Origin: Schizochytrium sp. TIO01
Taxonomy: Eukaryota > Protista > Bigyra: Labyrinthulomycetes
NCBI GenBank assembly: GCA_004764695.1
Contig: SMSO01000031.1
Coordinates: 4,440,436-4,504,435 of the forward strand
Length of the DNA stretch: 64,000 bases
Reading direction: 5' to 3'
The stretch's first letter is position 1; the number at the start of each line of letters is the position of its first letter. The translations under genes were made by a program, and so were the position numbers. The notes beneath the pieces were generated by a model. The model saw nothing but the letters and a program-made list of their open reading frames with translations. It did no database searches and had not been told where the DNA came from. Below are positions 1-11,508 of the stretch, piece after piece.

Positions 1-701
1 CAAACGATTTTGACGATTTCGACAATGTAGGACAAAACGTTTCCTGTTGTTTCGTGATGAAGATTTGACGCATGATATCTGGATATCATGTAAATATAAT
101 GTAATACTTTATTTTATCGTAAATGCTGGAAGCTTTATCATCCTCTCGCATCCACTCGATTGAAACCAATCTTCTGTATCTATTATTCAAAGAAAAAAAG
201 GAAAGACAAAAAAAAAAGGGTTTATGTCATTATGGCAACTGACTCTAGCTATGCGATGGTTGAGTCCCTCCGCTAAAAGTAGTACTAGAACACCCAGGAA
301 TTAAGTTGAAGCGTGCATGTGCATAGCCAGACCAGAAGAGGTGTTAGAGGGACGGAAAGCTAGGTGCACGACATCATGTGAGTAGATAACTTTGCTTACT
401 GTGTCATGCTTTGTGTTATTGGGTACGCGCGTATGTGTGTCGCAGACTACTTCATATATTTGATGAGTGCGCGAAACTTGCGACGGGAGGATGATGAAAA
501 GAGGAAGAGGTGGCTCCTAAAGAAAACAACCCGCAGAGAAATTTCTTAAGAGATGTCTCTCTCGCTCTTGCAAATGCCACCAGTAGTGTAACCTGTGGTC
601 ATACTACATCCTCGCATTCATTTCAATGTTGTATTATTTAAATCCCCTAGTTTGTAAGTGATCTTTAATGATCTACATACTCGTCACATTCAAATACCTG
701 T

Positions 702-716
702 CCCCCCCCCCCCCCC
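702..716. repeat. C15 homopolymer (G15 on the UMPS sense strand), about 115 nt past the UMPS stop
   Basis: Directly visible run of 15 C. Confidence 0.9.
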
Positions 717-831
717 GAATTTGCATCTTTGTTGAGTTCTGTGTTAAAATACTACTTCGGTTATCGGTAAAATGTGGTTGCTAGCATAACTGCTGGCGCA
801 GCCCGCTCGCATATGTTCAGGTGAATGGTAC

Positions 832-2367
832 TTAACGGTCTACGCCGTACTCCTTACGGTAGGCCTCAACAGCGGAGAGAACCTCTGCGTCAAACTTGGT
901 GCCGGTGGAACGAAGAAAAGACAAAAGGTCATCAAGGCACACAATAGAGTGCACATCAAAGCCAAATTCCTTCTTGACAGCTTGAATAGCGCTCAAGTCA
1001 CCCTCCTTAGCACGCTCCTGGCGGTCAAGAGCGATAACCACACCACTGATCTTGGCATCCTCCACAGAAAGGATGTCAATGCATTCGCGAATGGCCGTAC
1101 CAGCAGTGATGACATCATCCACAACGAGCACACGCTTACCACGAACAGGAGCACCGACAAGAAGACCTCCCTCGCCATGGTCCTTCTTCTCCTTGCGGTT
1201 GTATGCAACGGGAACATCCTTTCCAAACTTGCGGTACAGCGAGGTGGCAATAACACTTGCGAGAGGGATACCCTTGTATGCAGGTCCGAAGAGGACGTCA
1301 AATTCAACTCCAGAGCGCACGATAGCCTCCGCGTAGAAGTCTCCAAGACCGTCGAGAGCAGAGCCGGAGTTGAAGAGACCCGCGTTGAAGAAGTACGGGC
1401 TCTCGCGTCCAGACTTGAGCGTGAACTTTCCGAACTTGAGCACCTCGCACTTCAAAGCAAGCTCAAAGAACTGCTTCTGGTACGGCGCAAGCACGTCGCC
1501 CTCTCCGGCCTCCTCGACCTTGGCACGCTTCGCCTCAGGCTGTTCAACACTAGACCTAACGCCGTTGATCATGTCGCGGAACTTCTCGGCGGCAGCCTTG
1601 GGGTCCTCCGCACGAGAAATTCCACGGGACACAGGCACAAGAAGTCCCATTCCATCCTCTCGAAGTCCAGCCTTGGCGGCAGCTTCGAGGTCTCCTCCTT
1701 GGAAGCCAACTCCCGGGGCCAGAATCCACAGCGAGGGTGCGGCAGCCCTCGAGCGAGCAAGTGCCTCAACATCCGTTGCGCCTACCACAAGTCCAACATT
1801 GTTGTTATCATTCCACTTCTCACACAGCTGCGCCACACGCTCGTAAAGAAGACCGCCTTCAGAGAGCGCCACAGTCTCGAGATCCTCAGAACTCGGGTTC
1901 GAGGTCTTGCAGAGAACAAAAGCACCTCGAGAGGCGTCTTTGCCTACAAAAGGCATGATTGAGTCCGAGCCCATGTACGGGCTGAGAGTTACACAGTGCG
2001 CTTTGCAGGAGTCGAAAGCAGCGGTGGCGTACGCCTCGGCAGTAGTAGAAATGTCGCCACGCTTAACATCGAGAACAACGGGAATTCCAGCAGGGATGGA
2101 CTGCACGAGGCGCTCCAAAGCACTGACTCCAGGAGCACCAAGGGCTTCGAAGAAGGCTGCGTTGGGTTTGTAGGCAGCAGCAACATGCTGAGTAGCATCA
2201 ACGAGGACCTTGGAGAACTGGAAAGCAGCTTCGGCATCGTCAGTAATGCCGTGAGCAGTCTTGAACGCTGCAACGTCAGAGGCGTGAGGGTCAAGACCAA
2301 CGCAAACAAGGGAGTTGATCTCCTGCACGCGGGCCTCAAGAGAGGCGAAGAAGCTCGTGGAGGTCAT
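832..2367 (-). CDS. UMPS: Bifunctional UMP synthase, inverted order: N-terminal orotidine-5'-phosphate decarboxylase (OMPDC) fused to C-terminal orotate phosphoribosyltransferase (OPRT)
   Basis: OMPDC motifs [51 protein letters not shown] and SRGI come first. OPRT motifs [35 protein letters not shown] and [11 protein letters not shown] follow. First ATG (MTSTSF) is at 2367; the ORF-track extension to 2604 starts at a non-ATG codon. Confidence 0.95.
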   Translation of the reverse strand: MTSTSFFASLEARVQEINSLVCVGLDPHASDVAAFKTAHGITDDAEAAFQFSKVLVDATQHVAAAYKPNAAFFEALGAPGVSALERLVQSIPAGIPVVLDVKRGDISTTAEAYATAAFDSCKAHCVTLSPYMGSDSIMPFVGKDASRGAFVLCKTSNPSSEDLETVALSEGGLLYERVAQLCEKWNDNNNVGLVVGATDVEALARSRAAAPSLWILAPGVGFQGGDLEAAAKAGLREDGMGLLVPVSRGISRAEDPKAAAEKFRDMINGVRSSVEQPEAKRAKVEEAGEGDVLAPYQKQFFELALKCEVLKFGKFTLKSGRESPYFFNAGLFNSGSALDGLGDFYAEAIVRSGVEFDVLFGPAYKGIPLASVIATSLYRKFGKDVPVAYNRKEKKDHGEGGLLVGAPVRGKRVLVVDDVITAGTAIRECIDILSVEDAKISGVVIALDRQERAKEGDLSAIQAVKKEFGFDVHSIVCLDDLLSFLRSTGTKFDAEVLSAVEAYRKEYGVDR

Positions 2368-2700
2368 GGTGGACTGGGTTTGGGTTCGAAGGCGGCTTGA
2401 GATTTGGCAGGTGGTGCGTGAGAATGGATGAGCGATGAAAACAACTTCGCGGAAGACTCTCGCGCGAAGAAGAGATGCTGCTGGGGCCACGCTAATGGAC
2501 GACCGGAGCTTTCGAGACGCACGCGAAAGAAATCCGCACACGAAAGTTACACGACAAAAAGGATCTCCGTTTTTGGTCTGCGGCGCTCTCTCTGGCAGCC
2601 GCACAAATCGACCTCGATGATCAATCTTCTTTCTTTGACCTCCCTATTACTAAGTACTCTTCCTACTGCCTTTTTATTTCTATTCTTGAACAAGTCTTTT

Positions 2701-2892
2701 CATTCATTCATTCATGAAATAAACAAATAAACAAATGAATAAATGATCGATAAATAAAGTAGTAAGATTTTGTATTCACTTAGCCCTGCTACCTACCTAT
2801 ACCTGCCTACCTACCAACCTGCCTACCTACCAACCTGCCTACCATGGTATATATGTGGTAGTACCTACGGATTGATTGATTGATTGATTGTT
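2701..2892. repeat. Microsatellite/minisatellite cluster upstream of UMPS: (CATT)n, AAAT-like repeats, 16-bp ACCTGCCTACCTACCA x2.7 (2801-2844), (GATT)n
   Basis: Directly visible tandem units. Confidence 0.85.
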
Positions 2893-5609
2893 TGTATCCC
2901 TCTTCTCACTCGCTCATCGACCGATTGACCTTTCTAATGAATCCATCGATCAGCTTTGCAGCAAGAGATAGCAATAGGTTATAGTAAACGAAGTCAACTT
3001 CATAGCAGGTCGATCGTTTGTATGTTGGGTTCAATCAAGAAGTTCAATGGAATGCAATTTTTTTAATTGCGAGGCTAAGTAGCTGGCAGGGTTATTCCAG
3101 TGAGTGGATCTTGTGACTTTGAGCACTTGGCTTGCTCGAAGAGAAGTGCCCAAGTGCACGGCGAGGTTTAGTTTGATTGATCTGCAACTCTTGTGCCAAT
3201 GTAGTAATTGGTTAGCATTTTCTTCTTCTCTGGTTGGCCATTTTCCCATTCCTCGCTCGCTTGATTCCGGAAAGAGAAAGAGTGCAGTAATGAATTTATG
3301 AATAGTAAGAGTACAAAGAAAGGTCGCAGGAAATCCATTGATCGTAGGGGAAATCTTTGAAGTTCGAGACGCTGTGGCCTGAGCTGTCTGTTAAGTTGAG
3401 AGGACAGCACCGTGTGCTTGTTTGAAAAATGGCCCATGTTCTCAATTGATTCATTAGTTGGTTGGTTGGTTAGTTGATTGATTGAATGATTGAAGGCAGT
3501 AAAGGTATGTTATCCATTTAGCTCCTGCAATGTGTAAAATGGCATCGCTGGATTCCTGAAGTAGTTATGCTACTGCTCACGACTAGATCGCTGGCAGTCA
3601 GTGCAAGGGTTCTTCGCAGCGTCATGCTTGAAAAACCGTTTCCAAATGAGGCACCAAGGAATCTATTAGCTCACGATAGCTAAGATTATTTTTCATTGTG
3701 AATGTACGGCACACTCCTTCAGTATGCTTCATAGTTTCGAGTTTGCTAATGCAGCTCAAGCGTTACTTCCAAAACGCATTTGCATCTCTGTTGGAGGTGC
3801 TAGAAGTGGCAGCGACCACGCATTTGTTTGAGCATTTTGAGTGGTGGCCTATAATTCTATAGGTACACCAAACAGGAATGTAGATATTAATAGGCAGGAA
3901 TCAGGATGCTGTTTTTACTTCGGATGATCTCTTCAAAATCACTTGGCAAAATCAAGGTTGTTGTCGAAGTCTGCCCAGATGATGGCTCAACAAAAAAAGT
4001 GCACTGCAAGTCTGTGACCAGCAAAGCGCCAGTGTCTCAGAATCCATGTACAAGTGTTTCAACCATGGCAGTGGCAAAAGTTGCAGTGGTCTAGCGCTAG
4101 CAAATGGATATCTTTTGCATGCATGGTCCCACCGAAAACGTGACGAGGAACAGGAAGAGGATTTCAAGAGGATGACTCTGAGTGTAATGACTGTCCTACT
4201 GTAAATCTCTGCAAGATATCCGTCATCAAACAAAAAAGTGCAGAGCTCAAAATAGTAGCGAGCAAAATTGAGCAGGAAATATCACTAAAGATATAATGAG
4301 TGAATTGAATCATTCGCGGAACTTGCAAAGGGATATATGTGTAAACGGATATGAATTCGGGGTTTCGAGCTGCTTGGGACGGCCCCGTTTTATCTTAGCA
4401 AAACTCTGCGCTGAAAAGTAGTTGCGCTGACTTTGGTTCTTTCCACTTTCTCCGCGATCCTTTGCTGTCTTCAGCTGCCGGTCTTACTCAAGCAAGGGAT
4501 TAAGCAAGCAAGGACGTGAGCAATCTCAATTTGCAGATTGGCCAGCTTCGTATTACCAGGCAGGAACCTCTAAATCTACCATCATAAACAGAATCAGTGA
4601 AGCACAAATCGAGCATCTGTCTCTAAGAGAATCGCAGTCTGCGAAGTTATTTTATTCTCTACATATGCTGACTTTACCTGCTACGCTGAAGTAGAGCTGA
4701 GCGGTGAGACCAAGTTTTGCCAACCAAATAAAAGTTCCTTTATACTGTCTTCGCCCTTTGATGCGATTTCTTGCCTAAATCCGCCCCACACACGGAATGA
4801 AGTGCCAATTCTGCAGCTTCGAACTACCCAGCATCCAGCCAGCCACTCCGCTCAATCGTTAAAACCAAGCATGAATTACAAGCACCAGATTTGTGCGCCA
4901 CCCGGTCAAAAAATCCCCGTCGCAGGACCTCGAAGAGGTAATCGTGGCACTTGTACTATTAGCAATAGGTGCCGGCTTAGCAGGGATATCTGGTGGTAGC
5001 TAGCTATTATGGGTTACTACCTACCAACCTACCTACAAACAAACAAACTAACTAACTAACTAACTAACTTGACGATAATAGTGGTGCTACGAGTACCTAC
5101 CTGCTAAATAGCACGATTTTAGGCGTTAAAAAATAAGTTTTTAAGAAGTAAAAGAAGAAAAAGTTTTTTTCCTCTTTGTTTTTTTCTCTTCCTTTACAAA
5201 ATCACCTGCAAGAACTTGTTCTCTCAGGGCAGTTCTAAGGCCGTGGAGATTTGGGATAGATGGGATCTGAGCCCAGAAAAGGCGGAGTTGGCAGCGACTC
5301 GAGAAGTCAGAGCATCTAAACCTCGACAAAATTGTAGACGATGCTGACCTGACTCGGTAATCACGAACTTTCGTTGCTTGCTTGCTTGCTTCTTGCTTGG
5401 AGTAACTTGGATTTCAGCTGTAGTCATTCATTTCTGCATTGCGAACCGGGTGGACACCACACATTACCATCGTCGCTTTGAGGAGTACCCTACTACATTG
5501 TGGTTAGTTATGAAAGAGTAAAACATATTGCGCCAAGCCAACTAACTTCAGGCACACGCAGTCTACTTCTCGCTGCCTATGAGCTTTTGGCACCGCTGCG
5601 GCAGGACCT

Positions 5610-6413
5610 ATGAGGTTCAGGCTACCTATGGCCACAAGTACTACATCATCATCATCACCATCATCACCGCGAGCGCTTAACGATGATGAGCTTGAAGTTG
5701 AATATGAAAGTGAAGAAGGAGAAAACACACAGTTCGTAAACCAGTCTTGAAGTCGGCGAGTCCATCTCCAAATGTTGGTATCTTCAATAGCGTCAACATA
5801 TTCCGGAACGATTGATGAATGGACGAACGAATGTGGCCATCATTACAGAAAGCAATGCGGACATGAATGAAAATATGCCAACGGAAGGCACCAGTTTGAC
5901 CTCTACGATGTTTCTCTGAGAAGGGTAAGTCTAGTTCATGTGCGGGATATGCTGCAAAGTTTGCGTTATTTGGATGCCATCGAAGAAAATCTCATACCGC
6001 TCTGCCGACTTTTTGCTAACGATGACGCGAACCGCATTGAGAGCCCAGAAAGTGGAAAGTTTAATTGCATAACATAATTGCTAGACGCCTCTACAGAGCA
6101 AAATCCAACAACACTGAAGTGGAGGTTCGCTCAAAGTGTTTGCATAACTCGCTATGAAAAGGAATATCGAAAATCACAAAAAAGAGATAAAAGAAGAAGG
6201 CAGAGAAGAAAATACTACCTATACCTAGTACCGTGGTGGCTAATACATTTGTCGCGCAAACTGCAATTGAAGCGCAGTTCGCTGCCGCTCGGACCTCTCG
6301 GCGGCGCTGCCGACCTGCAGGGTCCACAGTGGGTAGGACCGCGACAGCCAGACGCACCTCCGCTGCGTCTTTTGTCGGAGTTTTCACTCGAGACACCCTG
6401 CCTTGCCAACTGA
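5610..6413 (+). pseudogene. Possible decayed or spliced ORF of unknown identity
   Basis: One frame from ATG 5610 to 6413 has only three internal stops (~5748, ~5868, ~6075). It contains a GTAAGT donor (5925) and a GCTAAC branch-like motif (~6016). No family recognised. Confidence 0.2.
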
Positions 6414-6685
6414 GTGAGGTCCTCGTCCGTCCAATTCAGGCTTGGTTTGTTAATTCCTTCTCGTCCTGTCCCTGTGGTTTTGAGTTCCTTGTCTCGTTCT
6501 TCCGCCGTGACTACAGATCGCCCTCCTCCGTTTCATTAACAAACTCAAATTGTACTGTGTTAAACAACATCGCGTCGAAGCACATCGTATCAGTTGAGTT
6601 CGGCTGCGTTTCATAACATCACATCGTTTTGCCTTCTATTCGCTTGCCCCTAAACAAATCCTTCAAAGCAAAAGATACAAGCACA

Positions 6686-9600
6686 ATGAGCACTGCAATG
6701 AACGCAGCAAGGTTTGTTTGTGCAAGTAAAACTAAAGTGGAGATCGTATCTGCTTTTAGGTCAAAATGCGGCAGATGCAATAGCAATGTTGCTAAGGTTA
6801 GCATAAATAGGCTCTCAACAAGCATAGGGAACAGATCGATTGTAGCTTTTAAAACAAGGCAATCTACGCTTTGGCCGAAAAGAAAGACCATCGAAATGGC
6901 TCAAAGGCAAGGATATTTGTTTTGTTCACGACGGACACGAGCTCTGTCATTACTGGGGAGGCAAGACCGTGCATCGCATGAGGACAATGTGCGTCTTGCG
7001 CAACTTGTACAAGCTTACAAAAGCCATGGCCATTTGCTTGCAACAGTAGATCCGCTTAAGCTTGCCTATGCGGACCCTCTCCGAGCACCGTACTATATTC
7101 AAGATGTCCCTGTTTTACAACCAGAGTACTACGGTTTGCGCTGCGATCGGGCCAACCTTGGCAAAACCTTTTGGATTGGAGATGCACTTGAGCCTTTGCT
7201 CGAAGGCCCTGAGCACACGCTGACAGATATCCTATCCTCACTGCGCAAAGTATACACAGGAAATATCGGAACCCAGTATGCACACATCCTCCGACCAGAT
7301 TGTGTCACATGGCTCAACCGAAGGGTTATCGAGCACTCCATGATGGATACATCGCAGACAGAACAACGCGAAATCCTCTCAAAGATATCGAGTGCCACGC
7401 TCTTTGAAGAATTTTGCGGTTCTCGTCTTTCTGGTGCGAAAAGATTTTCCCTGGAGGGCTGTGAAGCTCTGATCCCTGGTCTGGAGGCTCTTTGTGATGA
7501 AAGCTCCAAGCGTGGTGTACGCGCCATCGAGATGGGAATGACACACAGAGGCCGTCTCAATGTTTTGAAAAACGTCTTGCATGTACCTCTGGCTGCCATT
7601 ATTCATCGCTTCCAGCCGTACCTTCCTGATGACATTGAGCATCCCAACAACTCTGATGATGTGCGCTATCATTTAGGTACTTCTATCGTTAGAATGTTTG
7701 GATATGGACATGACGCTCGTGAGCTGCGCATCTCCCTCGCCGCCAATCCGTCACACCTTGAGAGCGTTAATAGCGTCGTGCTTGGTAAGACGCGTGCTCG
7801 ACAGTTCCTCATGCGTGGGCGCATCATTGAGGATGATAGCGGGGCAAACCTGGTTGGTCAAACACGGAAACGCGGATCAGTAGATTATAGCCCAAGCGAC
7901 GATGCCAAGCGTGAATCCATGGCGGTCATTCTCCACGGTGACGCCTCCTTCTACCAAGGCTCAGTTCGTGAAGTTCTTGGATTTAGTAACCTTCGTGATT
8001 ACACTACAGGTGGTACTATTCATATCATCATTAACAATCAGATTGGATTCACAACACTTCCGAAAGAGTCTCACTCATCGGTTTATTGCTCTGATGTTGC
8101 TTTGTCAATTGGAGCTCCCGTTTTTCATGTCAACGGAGACGATCCGGAGGCCTTTGTTCGCGTTTGCCGAACTGCAGCCGAGTACCGTCAGCGCTTTGGT
8201 AGAGATTGTATTATTAATCTTTGGGGATATAGACGCCATGGCCACAACGAGCAGGATGACCCCGGCCTCACGCAACCCATCATGTATAAAGCCGTCCACC
8301 ATTTACCTCGGCTCATGGACATTTACGCCAACAAATTAGTCCGCGATGGCAGCATCTCTGGGCATGATGCTGTCGAAGCTGAACGCGAAGCAATTACAGA
8401 CACCTTGAAATCAAGCTTCAATGATTTTTGGGAGAGTGGGAAAGATCGGCGCACTGAAATTACCTCCTTGTGGAACGAACTTGGCGTTCTTTCCGCTCAG
8501 GAAGTAAGTCAGAACCGCCTTGTGCGTAATCAGCTCATGCAGACCTCTGTGACTGGTGTGCACGTTGAACTCCTCCGCTCATACGGACGTGCCATCTTTA
8601 CTTTGCCACCTGAGTATCGCTTCAAGGTTCATCCAAAAGTCCGTGAGAATTTTCAGCAACGTCTAGATTCAATTGAAGTTGGAGCTGGTAAAAATATCCG
8701 CTGGGCTACGGCAGAAGCCTTGGCATTCGCCTCTCTCTTAGAAGATGGTTTTCACGTCCGTTTGAGCGGTCAAGATGTAGAACGCGGTACATTTAATCAA
8801 AGACATGCCGTCATTTGCGACCAGGAGCGTTCAGAGCGTGGTAATGAAAAGATTTATAAGCCCTGGACCAACTTGCAGCTTTTAAGCTGGCATCAGGAAG
8901 ATATTCGCCGGGATCTGGTCAAACGAGCCAACTCTGCAGTCTGGCCCATTAACAACACAATGAAACGGTCCAATGGCCAGGCCAGCAGCACATCTGAGAC
9001 ATCTGTGAGCAATTCTACCAGTGAGGAACGCGCATCGCTAGCAGGATCTTCTTCGTCCGACTCTACTGACGAGCTTTCGTCTGGAACGTATCAATTTCCT
9101 TCCGAATTGGAGTCTGGGGATGTCGTTGGCGAGAAAAATGACATCTACGCCGGTTTATACCGCTTCAGCAGTACTTCTCGACCAAATGAGTACTCCGGCC
9201 CCAAGGTTGAGCGCCGCGTGTTGCAGGGCAGTACGGGCGTTCCTGTCAATCAGCTTCATTTGTCCCCTTTTGAAGAAGATGTTAACGAAGAAGAGGCCCG
9301 TTTGTCCATTGAAAACGAGCTAAACTCTATTCGCAAAGGCCTCTCTCGAAGAGCATGCGATTTGCGGAATCTTCGAAAAGTTTTGCGCTGGCGTGAGCCC
9401 AAAAAGCAGCGTCCGCCAGAACTTGGTGAAATGGAGATATGTAACAGTCCCTTGAGTGAAGAAGCAGTCCTTGGATTTGAACATGGTTACAGTTTATACT
9501 CGCCAAACATCATGACAATTTGGGAAGCTCAGTTTGGTGACTTTAGTAATTGTGCACAAGTTGTTATCGATACATTCATTGCTAGCGGCGAGGAGAAATG

Positions 9601-10445
9601 GGTGCGTTCATCAGGAATCGTGGTCTTGCTTCCTCATGGCTATGAAGGTCAAGGCCCAGACCATAGTTCGGCAAAGGTGGAGCGCTTTCTACAACTCTGT
9701 GCCGAGGATGCTACACCTTCGCTTCGCCTTGCCAACCTAGGCGCACAAGACGAGGTGAACAACCTGGCCAAGGTTAATATGCATGTACTTATTCCGAGTA
9801 CACCTGCTCAGTATTTCCATGCTCTGCGCCGCCAAATGATGCTCCCAGTGCGCAAACCCCTCATCATTTTCACACCAAAGTACCTCTTGCACCACCGTCC
9901 GTGCTCCTCCAGCCTTGATGAGCTTGGTCGTAATACACGGTTTCATACTGTGTTACAAGACCCTTTGCATGATGGTCACAATTCACAAAAATCTGTACGG
10001 AAGGTCATTCTCTGCACGGGTAAAATGTATTATCACCTGGTGCAGAAACGTGCTGCAATGGGTCTGCAGAAGGAAGTGGCAATTATTCGCATTGAGCAGC
10101 TCTCGCCATTTCCGTTTCCATTCACTGCGCCATGCCCTTAGCAAGTACCTCTGCAATAATGGTGCTTCCCATGCAGTAGAATTAATTTGGGCGCAGGAAG
10201 AACCCAAAAACATGGGTGCGTGGACTTATGTGAATGAACGTCTTCGCTGGGTTTTGATCAATATGCCCTTGTCAGATTTGAATGCTTCTGCGCTCCTGGA
10301 AAACCCTCGAAAGAACCCCATTAGATACTGTGGCCGTGCTGTCTCTGCATCGCCAGCTACTGGCTCTTTTGGCCTTCATCGAAAGGAGATGAACGACATT
10401 GTTTCGTCTGCCATGGCAACTTCGCCTGATTTCTGTGAAAATTAG
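6686..10445 (+). CDS. OGDH: 2-oxoglutarate dehydrogenase E1-family protein (TPP-dependent), divergent; needs a +1 frame correction near 10115
   Basis: Motifs AYKSHGHLLATVDPL, KRFSLEGCEALIPG, GMTHRGRLNVL, DVRYHLG, NPSHLE, HGDASF...IIINNQIGFTT, YRRHGHNE, RLSGQDVERGTFNQRH, WEAQFGDF, LLPHGYEGQGPDHSS and RIEQLSPFP. The conserved C-terminus (WAQEEPKNMGAW, GRAVSASPATG) lies in the +1 frame of ORF 9915..10445. First ATG is at 6686. Confidence 0.92.
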
Positions 10446-11508
10446 ACCAATCTGTTGAAATCTCAATATGCAAATTATTGCAGACATTATTTTTTTTTGT
10501 CAAATGTAGCAGTGTTAGAGCTTTGTTCCCATTGCTCTTCACATCTCTCACTGCTTCAACTGGTCGCTTAATTTTCTAGCATGGTAGAATACAATACTAT
10601 CTCAAGCAGTATTGTGTTCTTGAATAGGCTTCGCATGTTTCTTCATGTATAAAGACGTGCACTAGACTCTTCACTACCATAAATGTATTCATGAACGTTC
10701 ATAAAGTCTTCAACTTACACTTTTCTTATCTTTAGTTTGCTCTTTGAATTTCTAAGTGCACTTTTGACGCTTCTAGCTTGACTTTTACATTCTAACGAGT
10801 CTTGCTACATGCGCTTAAATCAAAGCTTTGCATGTCAGAGCTGGCCCGCTTACACAAAGCAGTTAGCGGCACACAAGATATCTCAGGATTTAACCAACAT
10901 CGTTGAGAAGCTTCCATCACTTAATTTGAATCTCTGAATATATGCTTGCTCCCCATCCATAATTCTCGAATTGTTGCGCTGCCTTCAATATTATTAGCTC
11001 CATTATTTTTGTAGTTCGATCTCGAATTCATCGGTGTTTTGCTTTAATTAAAAAAATTATAGAGATATAATTAGTGAGATCAAGTGTAACAGTACTACTA
11101 GTTAGGTAGATACTAGTGCTTTTTAAAAAGATAATCTTTCTCACTAGAAAAGAAAGACTTAAAAAAGGCGCCTGCGTGGCAACAACATTGGTTTTCTTCA
11201 AGTCGCTACGCAAACTCACAAAGCTTTCGCAGCCGAACGGAGTGGGCTCTGCGACGGCTGCGATACTACCGCTCGTGCCTGTGATCTTTTCTTCAAGCAG
11301 CGTAGGATCGAGCGTTGCATATAATACTGTCAGTGGTATTCAGTTGTGGTGCTGTTGCCGGTGAATTGAACTGGGTGCGGCTCGCTCCATCCTTCGTAAA
11401 GTTTAAGGCTCTTTGCAAAGAAACCTTGCAAAGCCTAAGCAAGGACACCACGGGTGGTTCAAAGTCTACAAGCACTGCAGAAAACAATATCCACGGGACA
11501 TTAGAATC

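Noticed and set aside
949-2400. Long + strand ORFs (949..1962, 1996..2400) antisense to UMPS
   Set aside because: Shadow ORFs expected from the strong codon bias of the real gene; no motifs.
8880-9450. OGDH insertion as an intein (ends near ...CN-S)
   Set aside because: CNSxLSE is the native OGDH motif; no intein block A/B/G or homing-endonuclease motifs.
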